Assembly: GCA_037446695.1 (NCBI GenBank)
Contig: JBBIHY010000001.1
Span: 134,376-198,375 of the forward strand
Reading direction: 5' to 3'
Length of the DNA stretch: 64,000 nucleotides
Source: Bacteroidota bacterium
GTDB taxonomy: Bacteria > Bacteroidota > Bacteroidia > Bacteroidales > PUMT01
A program made the translations under genes and the position numbers. Positions 19,767-28,815 of this stretch are shown here, in pieces. Under the pieces are notes generated by a model that saw only the letters and a list, made by a program, of their open reading frames with translations, made no database searches and was not told the origin of the DNA. Numbering within the stretch: position 1 is the stretch's first letter; every line of letters begins with the position of its first letter.

Positions 19767-20639
19767 ATGCGGAGATTTTTGATTCTGGCCTTTTTGATTT
19801 TTCTTTTTCAGCCGAACCTTTCTTCTCAGAACAGGTTTATTGAGAGTTACCAGGCAGGTTTGTATTTTGGTTTCCGTGACCTGAGAATAGAAAGTTTTAC
19901 TAACAACTCCAACCTCGATTTTATTAATTACATGAATTTTCTGGATTATGATCCCGGCGGTTACCCATATATTGGAATATCTGCCGACTTTAAAATGAGA
20001 AATAATTTTGCTGTTAATTTAAAAATATTTTCCACCGATGATATTTTCCCGACCTCATTGAATTTATCAGTTCAACATTATTTTAATGATTATTTTGGTT
20101 TTAGTTTTGGTTTATATACTTATCCACTTTTTACTGGTAATCTTGAAGATTATCATAAGAGTGTAGATATCGGCTATACTCTTGATTTAAATCAGGGAGA
20201 TTACAGACAAAGAAATATTTATGATTTTGGATGGATTGCCGGACCTGTTTTAAAGTACGAAAAAGGACGTTTTTTAACCAACCTGAAATTCAATCTTGGA
20301 ATATCCGGTTTTCTACCTTTTAGAGAAGAATTTAGACAGGAAAAAACAAACTCGAATTTTCGCCGCATCATTAAGTATGAAACCAGTTTTAAAAAGGAGT
20401 TTTTCCTGTTCCCGGAGTTTTATGCCGCTGTGGGAATCCTAAAATTGAAAAATTTTATGATTGGCTTACAATTCCAGTCAAATCTTATGATATCAAAACG
20501 AAGCCTTGATTACACAAGAACAATCTATAATTGGTCATTTGATAACAGGGAGGTTGAAAAAGTTTCCAGCCCCAAACATAGATTCAATATGGTAGATATG
20601 GATTTTGGAATATTTCTGAAAGTACTTCCGGGGCAATGA
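19767..20639 (+). CDS. Hypothetical secreted, probable outer-membrane beta-barrel protein
   Basis: Signal peptide, aromatic-rich alternating beta strands, near-terminal DMDFGIFL strand. Confidence 0.6.
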   Translation: MRRFLILAFLIFLFQPNLSSQNRFIESYQAGLYFGFRDLRIESFTNNSNLDFINYMNFLDYDPGGYPYIGISADFKMRNNFAVNLKIFSTDDIFPTSLNLSVQHYFNDYFGFSFGLYTYPLFTGNLEDYHKSVDIGYTLDLNQGDYRQRNIYDFGWIAGPVLKYEKGRFLTNLKFNLGISGFLPFREEFRQEKTNSNFRRIIKYETSFKKEFFLFPEFYAAVGILKLKNFMIGLQFQSNLMISKRSLDYTRTIYNWSFDNREVEKVSSPKHRFNMVDMDFGIFLKVLPGQ

Positions 20640-20640
20640 C

Positions 20641-21360
20641 CTATTTTTCCACAATGTAAAGAGTGGAGATGCCACCCATTTTCGGCTCAGAAAGAATGGT
20701 TTTGAAACCTGCACCTATTATAACTTCGCTTAGTTCTTTGCTGTTGTAATAATGCATTGCTGAGTGTGCCAGATACTTATAAGCTCCCCAGTGGCCTGAA
20801 ATGAGTCCTCCTAAGGGTACAGTAATAAACATAAGATAAAAGTGAAAAAGAAACCGGAGAACAATGTTGTGCGGCTGACTGGTTTCAATAATGACAAATT
20901 GTCCGCCGGGTTTAAGTACCCTTAAAATCTCAGCGAGGAATTTGTCCTTGTCGGGGTTATGGAAAGTGAGGTTCCTGAACGCAAACGCAATCCCTATCGA
21001 ATCAAAATGATTTTCGGGGAAAGGCATATTTGCTGCATCCCCGTGAATAAATTCAATACCGGATATATTTCTTTTGGAAGCCTTTTCCTTTGCTTCACTC
21101 AGCATGGGTTTGCTGTAATCAAGTGCGGTTATTTTTGTATTTGAAGCGGCATTTTTTTTCAGTCTCAGGGCAAGGTCACCGGTTCCTGTGCAAAGATCAA
21201 GTACTCTTTCCGGATGGTTTGCCAGGCAGGCTTTTGCAACCTGTCGTCTCCAAAGTTCATCGAGCCTGAAAGTGAACAACCGATTTAAAAAATCGTAAGA
21301 AGGAGGCACCTGGGTGAACATTTTATGCAGAGGTCTCGTAGAATCCTTTTTTAGGTTCAT
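20641..21360 (-). CDS. menG: Demethylmenaquinone methyltransferase (UbiE/MenG)
   Basis: YDFLNRLFT, LDLCTGTGD, RVLKPGG, AYKYL. Confidence 0.9.
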   Translation of the reverse strand: MNLKKDSTRPLHKMFTQVPPSYDFLNRLFTFRLDELWRRQVAKACLANHPERVLDLCTGTGDLALRLKKNAASNTKITALDYSKPMLSEAKEKASKRNISGIEFIHGDAANMPFPENHFDSIGIAFAFRNLTFHNPDKDKFLAEILRVLKPGGQFVIIETSQPHNIVLRFLFHFYLMFITVPLGGLISGHWGAYKYLAHSAMHYYNSKELSEVIIGAGFKTILSEPKMGGISTLYIVEK

Positions 21361-21470
21361 TTGTCCAATATTAAGTTCACAAAATTAGCATTTAGATGAC
21401 AGGAATGAAATTTTTTCCTGAAATGAAACTACAGGTCTTTTGTCATATTAAATTTGGCCGGTTAACCATA

Positions 21471-24400
21471 ATGCAAAGATTGGTAAATACAAGTGTAGGG
21501 AAAATCCGCAGGTATATCGTCCTTGCAATACATTTGAGCCTTTTGCAGGGACCGTTGGTTGCGCAGGAGGGCTATCCCTTCATGTTGAATATCTCCCTCG
21601 GGGAGGTAACCGATCCCCAGGTAATTTCCATTGGGCAGGACATCCAGCGAAACATGCTTTTTGTAACCAGGCAGGGGATTATTCTTTATGATGGCCAGGC
21701 GATGGAAATGATTCAATTGCCCGCCTTCCCATTTACTGTAAAAACCTTTCCGGGAGATTCTTTGGTTTATGTTGGATGTAACCAGCAATTTGGATACATG
21801 CAGCTAAATAGCGTTGGTAGTTATGAGTATCAAAGGATTTCTGACAGCAACTACCAACCGGGCGATGTTATTCGAATTACAAGCAACAGCCAGCATGTAT
21901 TTTTTGGTGGTGATTATTCCCTGGCAAAGGTTTCTCTGGAAAAAAAGGAAACTGAAAAAAGATGGAGTTTTTACTCTGATACCCTGCTTACCGGGTTGAT
22001 CAACCTCAATGAAAAAGTTTTTGTCCAATTCAACGGCTCTGGAATTGCCGAATTGCTTGGTGACAGATTTTTACAGGTCAAAGGTTCAGAAGAATTTCTT
22101 ACAGGTGAGATTATGTTTGGCCTGGTCTATGATAAAAGCAGGATTCTGATAGGCACCAGTAATCAAGAACTGGTTTTATTCGATGGAAAGAAATTCACGG
22201 CATTTTCTACCGGCTATGAGAGATATCTGCGGGAGAGCCTTATAATTGGGGCTGTGCTTTCAGGCGAGGATAAAATTGTGTTTTCTACCTTAATAGGTGG
22301 AATGGTTGTGGTGGATAAGGCCAGCGGCAAGGGAATCCAGATCCTGAATACCAGCACCGGTTTGCCTGATGATGAAATTTATGCCATAGGGTCTGATATG
22401 CATGGAGGTGTTTGGGTTTCTCATGAAAACGGCCTGACACGAACCGATTTTAATTTTCCTGCGAAAATTTATAATGCTTATTCTGGTATTCAGGGGCAAT
22501 TACTGTCAGTTGCCTACCATAATGGCAAACTTTATGCTGCCGGAAATGAAGGAGTTTTTATGCTGAAGGAGAAGAGAAGGTATACCGAGCGTGAGGTAAT
22601 GGTCAGGGTTACTCCTCCTGCAGGGAGTCCAACCACCCAACAGGCTGATGAACAGGTAACTCCCGCTGAACCTCTTACACGAAGGGAACAACGCAGACTT
22701 GAAAGAGAACAGAGAAGAAGCCGACCGGATTCTGATACCACGCAGCGGGAACGCAGCGGATTTTTATCGAGACTTATGAATGTGTTCAGATCAGATGAAT
22801 TCACCGATACTTCTGCAGAACCCGAGGAGCAGGAACAAAGAACCGAATTTATACGCCGGAGGATTTCCACATTGCATTCGGTGAGTTATGAGTTTGAGCA
22901 AATAAATGAAATAAATGAAAAATGCAAGCAATTGCTTTTAACCAAATCTGGGTTGATAGCGGTAAGCAATACTGCAGCCTACATAATCGAGAACGAGCGG
23001 GCAACCCTTATAAAGAGGGACAACTTTATCAGGCTGGCCGCTGTTTCACTGAATCCTGAGGGTTTTTTCCTTGTTGGAGGGAGAGGGATCTACCAGATGG
23101 TGAAAACAGGAAACAGGTGGTTGGAACATGAAGTTTTACCAGGTTATGAGCAGAACATTTATTCCCTGGTTGAAACTTCTCCCGGAAGTATCTGGCTGGG
23201 TTCTGATAATCTTATTCAGCGGGTGCAGGTGAACAGAAATAACCCGCCCCGTGTCACTTTTATACCAGTTGAACGAAATTATTTTGAAAGAGTACAACTG
23301 AAATCTGTAAATGATACATTATTTGTTTTTCTTTCTTCAGGAGTCTATTATTTGGGCGATAATAATCTTTTACCCTATATTTCAGAGGAAACGGGAATAA
23401 TCCCTTCCAGAAGAATCATTTCAGGATTCAGGGAATTGTTCTGGCTGAAAACGGAGGATGCCTGGATTTCGGTGGTTGGAGAGCCCTACAACACTGTTTT
23501 TAATGAGTATCTTGGAGTTTTTAAGAACCTGCAGCATCTTTTTTACGATGATTACGGGGACTTGTGGGTTCTGGATGAGGGTAACCTCATTTACAGGATA
23601 GTTTCTCCGGGTTATGCGATTGAAAAACAAGAATTTAATGTATATATAAGAAGAATATCGAATCAGCAGGGGATGCGTTTTCCGATTGACGGGCTGGTAC
23701 TCAATTACGATAACAATTCTCTTGAAATCCATGTTTCCTCTCCTGGTTTTCTCAGGGAGAGTTCCATGCAATACCAGTTTATTCTGGATGGCCACATGAG
23801 GAACTGGAGCAAATGGTCGGGCAGCCAGGTGATAGAGTTTCCTCTGTTGCCTCCGGGAAAATATGTGTTGCGGGTGAGAGCCAGGAATGTACTCGGACAG
23901 ATAAGTAATGAACATTCAGTGGGTTTCGAAATTAAACCGCCCTTTACTCAAACACCCTGGTTTTATGGCACTATTGCCGCATTTGTCATTCTGGCATTTC
24001 TGGTAATTATTAAGGTGAGGGAGATAAAATTACAGCGGGATAAACGGGAGCTGGAATATAAAGTACGAAAAAGAACCAGTGAAATTGAAAAGCAGAAAAA
24101 TGAAATTCAAAGCCAGGCAATCAGGATTCAGGCCCAACACGATCAGATTTTCCTGCAAAACAAGGAAATAACGGATAGCATTTTTTATGCAAGAAGAATT
24201 CAATCGGCTGTGATGCCGGCAAGGTCGGAGTTCAGCAAGATTTTCCCGGAAAATTTTCTTCTTTTTCAGCCAAGGGATATTGTGAGTGGAGACTTTTACT
24301 GGTTCAAACAGGTGGGTAAAAAAGCAGTGGTTGTTGCTGCCGATTGCACCGGTCATGGGGTTCCTGGAGCTTTTATGAGCATGCTTGGAATAACTTTGCT

Positions 24401-24920
24401 GAATGACCTTACGATATTACTGGACTGGGAGATGGCATCGCCCATCCTGGATGAATTGCGGAGCAAGGTGAAGGATACTCTTTCACAGAAAGGAATAGCA
24501 GGAGAAGCGGCGGATGGAATGGATATATCCCTCTGTCTGTTTGATTTTGAAAAAAAGACTGTGGATTACGCGGGTGCCTTTAGTCCTGTGTATATATTCA
24601 GAAACGGCAGTCTGTTGGAATACAAGGGAGACAGAATGCCTATAGGTATTCATTTCCGGGAGCAAAAAATGTTTACCAACCACAAAATTGATCTGCAACA
24701 GGGTGATATATTTTATATGTTCTCCGACGGATATTACAGTCAGCTGGGTGGGAAGGACGGCAAACGCTTTCTGAGCAGAAATTTCAAGAACATTTTACAG
24801 GAGATTCAAACAAGACCGATGAAAGATCAGGCTTCCCTGCTGGAAAAGAAGCTTGATGATTGGATGGGTGCCCACATGCAGGTGGATGATATCCTGGTGA
24901 TGGGGTTCAGGTACAGGTAA
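21471..24920 (+). CDS. Beta-propeller / Y_Y_Y sensor with TM helix and SpoIIE (PP2C) phosphatase
   Basis: Propeller repeats (GLPDDEIYAI), LPPGKYVLRVRARN, PPFTQTPWF TM, DIVSGDFY, ADCTGHGVPGA, DGMD, FSDG, VDDI; start set after the TAAATTTG promoter at 21449. Confidence 0.9.
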   Translation: MQRLVNTSVGKIRRYIVLAIHLSLLQGPLVAQEGYPFMLNISLGEVTDPQVISIGQDIQRNMLFVTRQGIILYDGQAMEMIQLPAFPFTVKTFPGDSLVYVGCNQQFGYMQLNSVGSYEYQRISDSNYQPGDVIRITSNSQHVFFGGDYSLAKVSLEKKETEKRWSFYSDTLLTGLINLNEKVFVQFNGSGIAELLGDRFLQVKGSEEFLTGEIMFGLVYDKSRILIGTSNQELVLFDGKKFTAFSTGYERYLRESLIIGAVLSGEDKIVFSTLIGGMVVVDKASGKGIQILNTSTGLPDDEIYAIGSDMHGGVWVSHENGLTRTDFNFPAKIYNAYSGIQGQLLSVAYHNGKLYAAGNEGVFMLKEKRRYTEREVMVRVTPPAGSPTTQQADEQVTPAEPLTRREQRRLEREQRRSRPDSDTTQRERSGFLSRLMNVFRSDEFTDTSAEPEEQEQRTEFIRRRISTLHSVSYEFEQINEINEKCKQLLLTKSGLIAVSNTAAYIIENERATLIKRDNFIRLAAVSLNPEGFFLVGGRGIYQMVKTGNRWLEHEVLPGYEQNIYSLVETSPGSIWLGSDNLIQRVQVNRNNPPRVTFIPVERNYFERVQLKSVNDTLFVFLSSGVYYLGDNNLLPYISEETGIIPSRRIISGFRELFWLKTEDAWISVVGEPYNTVFNEYLGVFKNLQHLFYDDYGDLWVLDEGNLIYRIVSPGYAIEKQEFNVYIRRISNQQGMRFPIDGLVLNYDNNSLEIHVSSPGFLRESSMQYQFILDGHMRNWSKWSGSQVIEFPLLPPGKYVLRVRARNVLGQISNEHSVGFEIKPPFTQTPWFYGTIAAFVILAFLVIIKVREIKLQRDKRELEYKVRKRTSEIEKQKNEIQSQAIRIQAQHDQIFLQNKEITDSIFYARRIQSAVMPARSEFSKIFPENFLLFQPRDIVSGDFYWFKQVGKKAVVVAADCTGHGVPGAFMSMLGITLLNDLTILLDWEMASPILDELRSKVKDTLSQKGIAGEAADGMDISLCLFDFEKKTVDYAGAFSPVYIFRNGSLLEYKGDRMPIGIHFREQKMFTNHKIDLQQGDIFYMFSDGYYSQLGGKDGKRFLSRNFKNILQEIQTRPMKDQASLLEKKLDDWMGAHMQVDDILVMGFRYR

Positions 24921-24925
24921 TATTA

Positions 24926-25275
24926 TTGTTCTTAGGTTAGTGGCGATTACCTTGGGTGATCAGGTATAAGGGAGCCATTCAACAAAATCAACGGCAGTTT
25001 GCGGCTGCCATGGTCTTTTTCTTTTCATTCCTCAGCCTCGCTAGCGGGCTTCAGTATGAAAATAAAAATCCCCTCTCGCTTCGCTCGCAAAGAGGGGATT
25101 TTGTTGAGGTCGGTGTCGATTACCTTCGGTGATCCGGTATGGGGGAGCTCACCAACTCAAACCTTCTGCCTGCTTCGCAGGCTTTGGAGGTTTTTGTTCT
25201 CCCTCCTCCGCTCAACAAGCTGGCTTCGGTTGGAAAACAAATGCCTCCACCGCTTTGCGGTGTAGGTTTTCGTTG
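24926..25275 (-). repeat. tRNA-linked tandem repeat (about 170-bp units carrying tRNA-Cys 3' end fragments)
   Basis: GTTGAGGTCGGTG at 25272-25284 repeated exactly at 25103-25115; GATTACCTTNGGTGATCNGGTAT at 25118 and 24945; hairpin-rich. Confidence 0.7.
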
Positions 25276-25346
25276 AGGTCGGTGGCGGATTCGAACCGCC
25301 GTACCCGGTTTTGCAGACCGATGCCTAGCCACTCGGCCAACCGACC
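25276..25346 (-). tRNA. tRNA-Cys (GCA)
   Basis: Reverse strand reads GGTCGGTTGGCCGAGTGGCTAGGCATCGGTCTGCAAAACCGGGTACGGCGGTTCGAATCCGCCACCGACCT; cloverleaf, GCA anticodon, U73; CCA not encoded. Confidence 0.97.
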
Positions 25347-25473
25347 AATTTCAGGGCTATTTTAAGAACTTTTGCAAGTTAAAAATAAATTATTTTCTCA
25401 TTGCTCACCGATAACAGCCTCCCGACCCGATATTGGCCGTGCAAAGTTATAAAAATAATGCAAGTATTAAAAA

Positions 25474-25659
25474 TCAGGCCCTGTTCTCGGTAAAAATTGC
25501 CAGGCATGAGGGACACAGGCAATCATTGTAAGTCTCTCTCAGAATCTCAAGATTTTCGGGTGGAACAACATACCCGAAGCACCAGCAATTCTCGTTGTGC
25601 AGGCACTCAAACCTGGATCCGCATTTTGGACAGGTTTTCATTTTTGGTTTGTCTTCCAT
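25474..25659 (-). CDS. Cysteine-rich CWC family small protein
   Basis: CPKCG..FEC...CWC...DCLCPSCL; starts 2 nt after folB stop. Confidence 0.85.
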   Translation of the reverse strand: MEDKPKMKTCPKCGSRFECLHNENCWCFGYVVPPENLEILRETYNDCLCPSCLAIFTENRA

Positions 25660-25661
25660 AA

Positions 25662-26012
25662 TTATCGGCTTAATGTGACACTGACTTTTTCAATATTTCC
25701 ACCCATGGGAGGGCTCATTTTGGAAACTTTGACAGTAGCCTTCAAAATCTCAGGAAATTTTACATAAAGGGCATCGAGAATCCTTTCGGCAACATGCTCG
25801 AGCAAATGCGAAGTTTGGCTCATTTGTTGCTTTACCAGAAGATAGGCTTCCTGGTAATTGAGAGTATCACTGATTCTATCAGATTTTGCCGGAAGCTCCA
25901 GGTTTGTTTCAATACACAGATTAACAAGGAATCTTGTGCCGATTGCTCTTTCCTCGGGATAACATCCGTGGTGGGCATAAAATTCCATTCCTTCTATCTC
26001 AATTAAACCCAT
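25662..26012 (-). CDS. folB: Dihydroneopterin aldolase
   Basis: EFYAHHGCYPEE, DTLNY, LLEHVA, VSKMSPP; start ATG 26012. Confidence 0.95.
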   Translation of the reverse strand: MGLIEIEGMEFYAHHGCYPEERAIGTRFLVNLCIETNLELPAKSDRISDTLNYQEAYLLVKQQMSQTSHLLEHVAERILDALYVKFPEILKATVKVSKMSPPMGGNIEKVSVTLSR

Positions 26013-26154
26013 GTGCAAAACTTTTGTGCTCAAATTTAATCAATTGAAGGTATTTTGAGGTGAACAATTTTTTGAATGATTTGTGAATTCTTTCCTCACA
26101 TTTTCACAATTCATTTTACTTTTGTAATTCAATTTTGAAAACAGAACCTGCCTG

Positions 26155-27870
26155 ATGGAAGAGAACAAAAACGCCCGGAATTCTGGGAAAAATGAGGAAA
26201 CAAAGCCTTCACTGAATTTTATTGAACAAATTATTGAGGAGGATTTACGACAGAATAAAAACCAGTCAAGGGTACATACCCGGTTCCCTCCCGAACCCAA
26301 CGGATACCTGCACATTGGACATGCAAAATCCATTTGTCTGAATTTTGGACTTGGAATAAAGTACAATGGACTCACCAACTTGCGATTTGACGATACCAAC
26401 CCGCTTACCGAAGATGTGGAATATGTGGATTCCATTAAGGAAGATGTGCGCTGGCTTGGATTTGACTGGGAAGAAAGGGAATATTACGCTTCAGATTACT
26501 TTGAGCAATTGTATGAGTTTGCGGTTAAACTCATTAAAAAGGGGAAGGCCTATGTATGCGATATGAGCGCTGAAGAAATAAGTGCCAACAGGGGAACCCC
26601 GACTCGTCCGGGCAAAGAGAGTCCCTTCAGGGGCAGATCGATTGAGGAGAATCTTGACCTTTTTGCCGGTATGAGGAAAGGCGAATTCAGCGATGGGGAG
26701 AAGGTTCTTCGAGCCAGAATTGACATGAGTTCACCCAACATGCATATGCGGGACCCTGTATTGTACCGCATTATACATGCTCATCACCATCGCACGGGAA
26801 ACGACTGGTGCATTTACCCAACCTATGATTTTGCACACGGACAGTCGGATTCCATCGAAAAAATTACACACTCTATTTGCACCCTGGAGTTTGAGGTGCA
26901 CAGGCCACTTTATGAATGGTTTATAAAGGAACTTGAGATTTTTCCCAGCAGGCAGATTGAATTTGCCAGGCTGAACCTGAGTTACACGGTGATGAGCAAG
27001 CGTAAACTGCTGGAACTTGTTAAAAAGAACCTTGTAAATGGATGGGATGATCCTCGCATGCCGACTATTTGTGGCCTTCGCCGCAGAGGGTATACTCCTG
27101 AATCCATCAGGACCTTTGCTGAAAGAATCGGAGTTGCCAAAAGGGACAATGTGATCGATGTTGCATTCCTTGAGCACTGCATCCGGGAGGATCTGAATCA
27201 CAGGGCCTCCAGGGTAATGGCCGTTCTGAACCCGGTAAAACTTGTGATTACGAATTACCCGGAGGGTAAAACCGAGGAAATGGAGGCGGTAAATAACCCC
27301 GAGGATGAATCTGCGGGAAAAAGATTTGTTTCTTTCTCCAGGGAGATATATATCGAGCGGGAGGACTTTATGGAGGATCCGCCAAAGAAATATTTTCGAC
27401 TGTCACCCGGAAACGAGGTGCGCCTGAAATATGCCTACATCATCAAATGCGAGGACGTTGTAAAGGATGCCTCGGGAAACATTACAGAAATCAGATGCAC
27501 CTATGATGCTCTAACAAGAAGTGGATCTCCCGAAAGTAACCGTAAAGTCAAGGGTACTATCCACTGGGTGTCGGTGCAGCATGCCTGTGAAGCAGAGGTG
27601 AGATTGTTTGACAGGCTGTTTATGAAAGAAAATCCTGAAGATACAGCAGATGGTGAAGATTTTAAGATGAACCTGAATCCTGACTCCCTGAAGGTTATTA
27701 CCGGGTATACAGAACCTGCAGCATCCAGTCCCGCTGTTCTGGAAAAATTTCAGTTTGAACGGCTGGGGTATTTTTGTGCCGATTATGATACAAAGCCCGG
27801 TAAACCGGTATTTAACCGAACTGTTACCCTAAAGGACAGTTGGGTGAAGGTGGATAAGAACAGCGATTAA
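26155..27870 (+). CDS. glnS: Glutamine--tRNA ligase
   Basis: [28 protein letters not shown]. Confidence 0.97.
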   Translation: MEENKNARNSGKNEETKPSLNFIEQIIEEDLRQNKNQSRVHTRFPPEPNGYLHIGHAKSICLNFGLGIKYNGLTNLRFDDTNPLTEDVEYVDSIKEDVRWLGFDWEEREYYASDYFEQLYEFAVKLIKKGKAYVCDMSAEEISANRGTPTRPGKESPFRGRSIEENLDLFAGMRKGEFSDGEKVLRARIDMSSPNMHMRDPVLYRIIHAHHHRTGNDWCIYPTYDFAHGQSDSIEKITHSICTLEFEVHRPLYEWFIKELEIFPSRQIEFARLNLSYTVMSKRKLLELVKKNLVNGWDDPRMPTICGLRRRGYTPESIRTFAERIGVAKRDNVIDVAFLEHCIREDLNHRASRVMAVLNPVKLVITNYPEGKTEEMEAVNNPEDESAGKRFVSFSREIYIEREDFMEDPPKKYFRLSPGNEVRLKYAYIIKCEDVVKDASGNITEIRCTYDALTRSGSPESNRKVKGTIHWVSVQHACEAEVRLFDRLFMKENPEDTADGEDFKMNLNPDSLKVITGYTEPAASSPAVLEKFQFERLGYFCADYDTKPGKPVFNRTVTLKDSWVKVDKNSD

Positions 27871-27923
27871 GTTGCAGGCTTGATATTTTAAATTTTGACT
27901 GGCAGAATACTAACTCTATAGTT

Positions 27924-27982
27924 GTCATTCCTTCGTCACGAATCGGGAGCAGGAATCCTTAAGCCCTTATTAAGAGATTCCT
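27924..27982. repeat. Degenerate REP-like palindrome (GTCATTCCT...AGGAATC...GATTCCT)
   Basis: Nested inverted motifs just downstream of glnS. Confidence 0.4.
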
Positions 27983-28068
27983 AATACCACATTAAATCAA
28001 GGTGTTCAGAATAATTTACTATTAAATTGAACATACTCCTCAGATCTTTGATTAGTAGAGTTATATAT

Positions 28069-28208
28069 TGTTTCATCCTTACCAAATATTTATATTGTTA
28101 ATTAACAATATATTACCTTCTAGCTTTTAACAGTCATTATCGAGCGGATGGAACACCCATATTTTGTTCATTGGTGTTTGTGCTAGCTGCCTTACAAGGG
28201 TGTTTCAT
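28069..28208 (-). repeat. Dispersed ATGAAACACCC repeat, copy 1
   Basis: Aligns with 54006-54143 and 59234-59459; hairpin ATGAAACACCC...GGGTGTTCCAT plus AT-rich tail ending ATGAAA. Confidence 0.85.
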
Positions 28209-28219
28209 TAATTTTTTTT

Positions 28220-28774
28220 ATGCTGGTAAAAAGTTCCGCGGTTAAAACTATTCCTGAGTTTATCAAATCAAGGTTTTCTCAAAAGTATAACGGCTGGGAT
28301 AACTTACTTCCCGGAAAAACAAAAACAGTTTTTACAACCGGGGTATTAACATCCAAATGGTATCCAGTATAGTATGCGATTATCTTTCCTGCCTCAATGA
28401 TGACTCCGCAGTTTTATGGCAACGAAAAGGATAGAGCATGGGGATGTGGACGGTTCTGTACTGAAACTGCCCTGAACGGGATTTATAAATTGCATGTAAA
28501 AAAGAGTTCTCCCTGAAAAATTCTTGATCGTGCCGGACGAATTGTGCAGGCATATTATGAACCATCAGAAATAAAAATTATCAGTAAAACATTTAAATCC
28601 GTCTTAATGCATGGTACAAAATTTTCCAAACCTCATAAAGTGAAAGAATACCGGTTTGCAGGTTAGATGGAAAAGGCACTGTAAATTTCGGGCTGTAAAA
28701 ATGTCTCAATTGAATTAACCCGGTCTATAAGAAAGGGCGACTTCCTTACTGATTATATGATTACCCTCAAATAA
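28220..28774 (+). pseudogene. Pseudogene of an approximately 184-aa conserved protein (resembles TIGR02265/DUF2378-like family)
   Basis: One continuous frame MLVKSSAVKTIPEFIKSRF...SKWYP...ALNGIYK...ISGCKNV with in-frame stops at 28370, 28514, 28664, 28682 and no frameshift. Confidence 0.75.
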
Positions 28775-28815
28775 TCATTCAACAGGTTGTTAGGCCGGGG
28801 AGCATCACTAAGGGG

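Noticed and set aside
24999-25365. ORFs 24999-25265, 25120-25332 and 25129-25365
   Set aside because: They overlap tRNA-Cys and its GC-rich repeats; spurious.
28220-28774. Stop-codon recoding of the interrupted frame
   Set aside because: All three stop types occur, and neighbouring genes end normally on TAA, TAG and TGA.
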